Shown here piece by piece: positions 24,801 to 25,887 of a stretch of 25,887 nt of DNA. The stretch's first letter is position 1. Each line of letters starts with the position of its first letter. Source of the DNA: a virus (taxonomy: Duplodnaviria; Caudoviricetes); IMG/VR virus record IMGVR_UViG_3300020282_000017, positions 1 to 25,887 of that record. One strand, given 5' to 3'. The notes below the pieces were generated by a model. That model was not told where the DNA came from and did no database searches. It worked only from the letters and a program-made list of their open reading frames with translations. A program made the translations under genes and the position numbers.

Positions 24801-25479
24801 TTTAACATTCGTATCTAGCTCTACTGGTGGTAGTCATCAAACTCTCTTAATGGATGATGAGACTTCTAAATTATCATGGAATCCGTTCCGAGAAATATTA
24901 ATAGTGCAGGGAGCTTGGAATTATCAGATGTATCAATGGTCTAATGGATCTTCTGGATCTGCAGGACAGGTTTTAACATCGCAAGGTAGTAGTAATGCTT
25001 GGACTTGGACAACCCCTACTTCAGGTTTGTCAATAGCAAACGAGTCTTCTTCAACATATCGTAATCTTGTTTTTATTGATTCATCAAGTGCTAGTTCTGT
25101 TAAAACTAATGATAATAATAGACTTCAGGTAAGATCAAGTGATGGTGCAGTTCGTGTTGCAGGTGATATCACTGCGTTTGCTTCTGATATTCGACTTAAG
25201 ACTGAAATTAAACCAATCGAAAATGCAGTTGCAAAACTACTCAAGTTAAATGGATTCACATATGAATTTAATGAACTTGCAGGGTCATTAGGATACGAAC
25301 TAAATGAAAGATATTCTGGTGTATCTGCACAAGATGTGAAGGAAGTGTTACCAGAGGCTGTTAAACCAGCTCCTATAAATGAAGAATACATGACAGTTCA
25401 ATATGAAAAACTTGTACCACTTTTGATTGAGGCTATTAAAGAACTTAAAGGTGAAATTGAAGACCTTAAACGCAATTGA
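21814..25479 (+). CDS. Tail fibre with collagen-like segments and C-terminal peptidase S74 intramolecular chaperone
   Basis: Gly-X-Y runs near the N-terminus, repeated TxYxL modules, C-terminal GDITAFA-SDIRLKTEI...G.SAQDV.EVLPEAV...V.YEKLVPLLIEAIKEL (autocleavage S|D, Ser codon at 25183). Confidence 0.9.
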   Translation: MAVDFPNSPNTGQVFTEGNISWRYNGYAWQRIPDPGEKGQPGIKGTKGDIGPQGPIGNFGGATFQYQFNSATDDSDPGDGKLKLSSGTVSSATKLFIDDKDGGDTNTDIQPFLRTIADSTSTIKGHFRISNKNIADDFALFTISAIEEATGYFKVTCAHVSGSASSFDNNEDIIITFARTGDQGQKGDQGIQGIPGTPINYDLEVTNGTTTISLKGSNGTTDNVQLVGSGAVSITRDSATQLTITGTNTQKSEEEIEDIVGGMINTTTGITVTYDDNATEGDGAGKLNFVNTIDHFVDLNDTPPNYTGQAHKFVRVNKPDATNNDGNGLEFATPLNTTYALSATQKDDGTNPGSPSANDNDPFLFLDGSSGSDSHIQIKGTGTVSVVRNSTGDEITINGNDTNVNTQYSISVEAGDDASAEKLRLSGTNSVDDDVSFKAGTGLAISKQTSGADFIQYDGTYELHALATGSPATATNPNITLMSDSTSAVTSGSIQLIGEGGITVTRNGTTEIKINGSGAGSDSFVNSVTMGSSGTLTIGRNNSLADLTTDISFTSLKDTPANYTSQAHKLVRVNKNGSTNDGTGLEFIDPSTVGENTTYTLPAGGSDSTDFGNGNATITLSDSNSPQIDDTITISAGTNIQITSTTESGFTISAKDTNTQIPDTTYDLLVVQTGSPANNSNPAIKLDASSGDDDQVQLAAVDYSGLTITRDGDSTINFNTSLLLEARSSTNTATDTANPNLTLATSTSSLVPVLDTVKFIGGDNISVARNTSSNEITISSSATIDVTQLNLNRIRFGPGSAANDDANIEWLGSSNEGYLRISISDDSDNSGNSDEYIEIGDYANTNIGGTFSQWMKLQRDELTMESVVRTKNDLYIDEALRDGGGDIGSAGQVLTSTGSKTNWVDSSTVGTDTNTKYDIVTSASGDNIKLKLDASTGSGDDDDITITAGTNITLTDDSNGGFTIASSATLTGTIDKANQIKVDESPGNSAVDSYHNLTFVSSSTGGSHQTLLMDDETSKLSWNPFREILIVQGAWNYQMYQWSNGSSGSAGQVLTSQGSSNAWTWTTPTSGLSIANESSSTYRNLVFIDSSSASSVKTNDNNRLQVRSSDGAVRVAGDITAFASDIRLKTEIKPIENAVAKLLKLNGFTYEFNELAGSLGYELNERYSGVSAQDVKEVLPEAVKPAPINEEYMTVQYEKLVPLLIEAIKELKGEIEDLKRN

Positions 25480-25503
25480 CTTTTTTCATACATATGATAT
25501 AAT
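25476..25503 (+). promoter_or_regulatory. Near-consensus sigma70-type (early) promoter
   Basis: TTGACT (25476-25481), 16-nt spacer, extended -10 TGA-TATAAT (TATAAT 25498-25503); the -35 box contains the fibre stop codon. Confidence 0.8.
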
Positions 25504-25522
25504 AGGTTATTCATATACAGAC

Positions 25523-25717
25523 ATGGACGACTTTGTATTAACCGTAGAGATTGATATGTGCTCTCGCACTTTTTCCTTACTCAGTGAGAATGGGGATAAG
25601 AGATTGATAAAATGCGACACGACTGATGAGTTTATGAGAGTGTTGAGAGTATGTGATCAATTACTCCCTCCAGAGTCAATAATTTACAAGGAATTAGTAA
25701 CTCAGAAAGACAAGTAA
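25523..25717 (+). CDS. Small hypothetical protein (64 aa), probably early-expressed
   Basis: MDDFVLTVEIDMCSRTFSLLSENGDKRLIKCDTTDEFMRVLRVCDQLLPPESIIYKELVTQKDK; the ATG at 25523 lies downstream of the sigma70 promoter, so it is preferred over the 25427 start in the track. Confidence 0.75.
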   Translation: MDDFVLTVEIDMCSRTFSLLSENGDKRLIKCDTTDEFMRVLRVCDQLLPPESIIYKELVTQKDK

Positions 25718-25729
25718 TTGACTAGGAAG

Positions 25730-25736
25730 CTAAATA
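25730..25736 (+). promoter_or_regulatory. Late promoter (CTAAATA) for the next structural gene
   Basis: CTAAATA in the intergenic gap 50 nt before the ATG at 25787. Confidence 0.6.
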
Positions 25737-25786
25737 GACCTAGTATTGCATGGTTTCACCATCAAATTTATAGTAGATAAAAAAAG

Positions 25787-25887
25787 ATGCCTCTTAATAA
25801 GCTAGAGAATTTCATAAAGAACGCTGAAGGACGTATACTTTATGTAAATCCAAATGATCTTGATTCAACCGATGGTATTGAAAATCA
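25787..25887 (+). CDS. Start of a large cyanophage-type virion structural/fibre protein (3'-partial)
   Basis: MPLNKLENFIKNAEGRILYVNPNDLDSTDGIEN..., open to the window end; I recognise this N-terminus from very large T4-like cyanophage structural proteins; preceded by a late promoter. Confidence 0.75.
   Translation, partial: MPLNKLENFIKNAEGRILYVNPNDLDSTDGIEN

Noticed and set aside
615-25391. The many 60-170 aa antisense or alternate-frame ORFs nested in the large genes (e.g. 1529-1834, 5457-5813, 6617-7120, 8143-8526, 13224-13553, 23919-24257)
   Set aside because: They lie within well-supported genes, have no recognisable motifs or promoters, and are expected from biased codon usage leaving the antisense frame open.
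17619-25479. Invertible tail-fibre cassette (Gin/Cin-type)
   Set aside because: All fibre segments are in the same orientation, and I see no recombinase gene or flanking inverted crossover sites.
25427-25522. Longer 96-aa start for the small ORF
   Set aside because: The TTG start overlaps the fibre gene, and the extension runs through the sigma70 promoter; ATG 25523 fits better.
1-25887. tRNA, rRNA, intron or intein
   Set aside because: Intergenic gaps are all short (about 70 nt or less), no cloverleaf or splicing motifs were seen, and the conserved genes are uninterrupted.

Overview
AT-rich segment of a T4-like myovirus, most similar in gene content and order to marine cyanophages (the host cannot be proven from this window). 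It starts in the 3' end of the ssDNA-binding protein gene (gp32) and its intrinsic terminator. A leftward late block follows (gp53, gp48, gp2, gp4), then a long rightward tail/baseplate block: gp54-like, gp26, an unlisted 59-aa gp51, two paralogous tape-measure-like proteins, a gp27-like hub, a split gp5, and four large fibre/structural proteins. A 2OG-Fe(II) oxygenase, a fibre chaperone and a small early ORF are interspersed, and the window ends in the start of another large structural gene. T4-type late promoters precede the structural genes, while sigma70-type promoters precede the two non-structural inserts. The strongest unexplained signal is at the gp26/gp51 junction: a complete-looking -1 programmed ribosomal frameshift cassette (internal SD-like GAGG, two in-phase slippery heptamers, and a 10-bp hairpin 5 nt downstream that also buries the gp51 AUG). 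It sits directly upstream of the tape-measure-like gene, the same layout as the lambda G/GT tail chaperones. All product calls come from motif recognition and synteny; no database searches were run.
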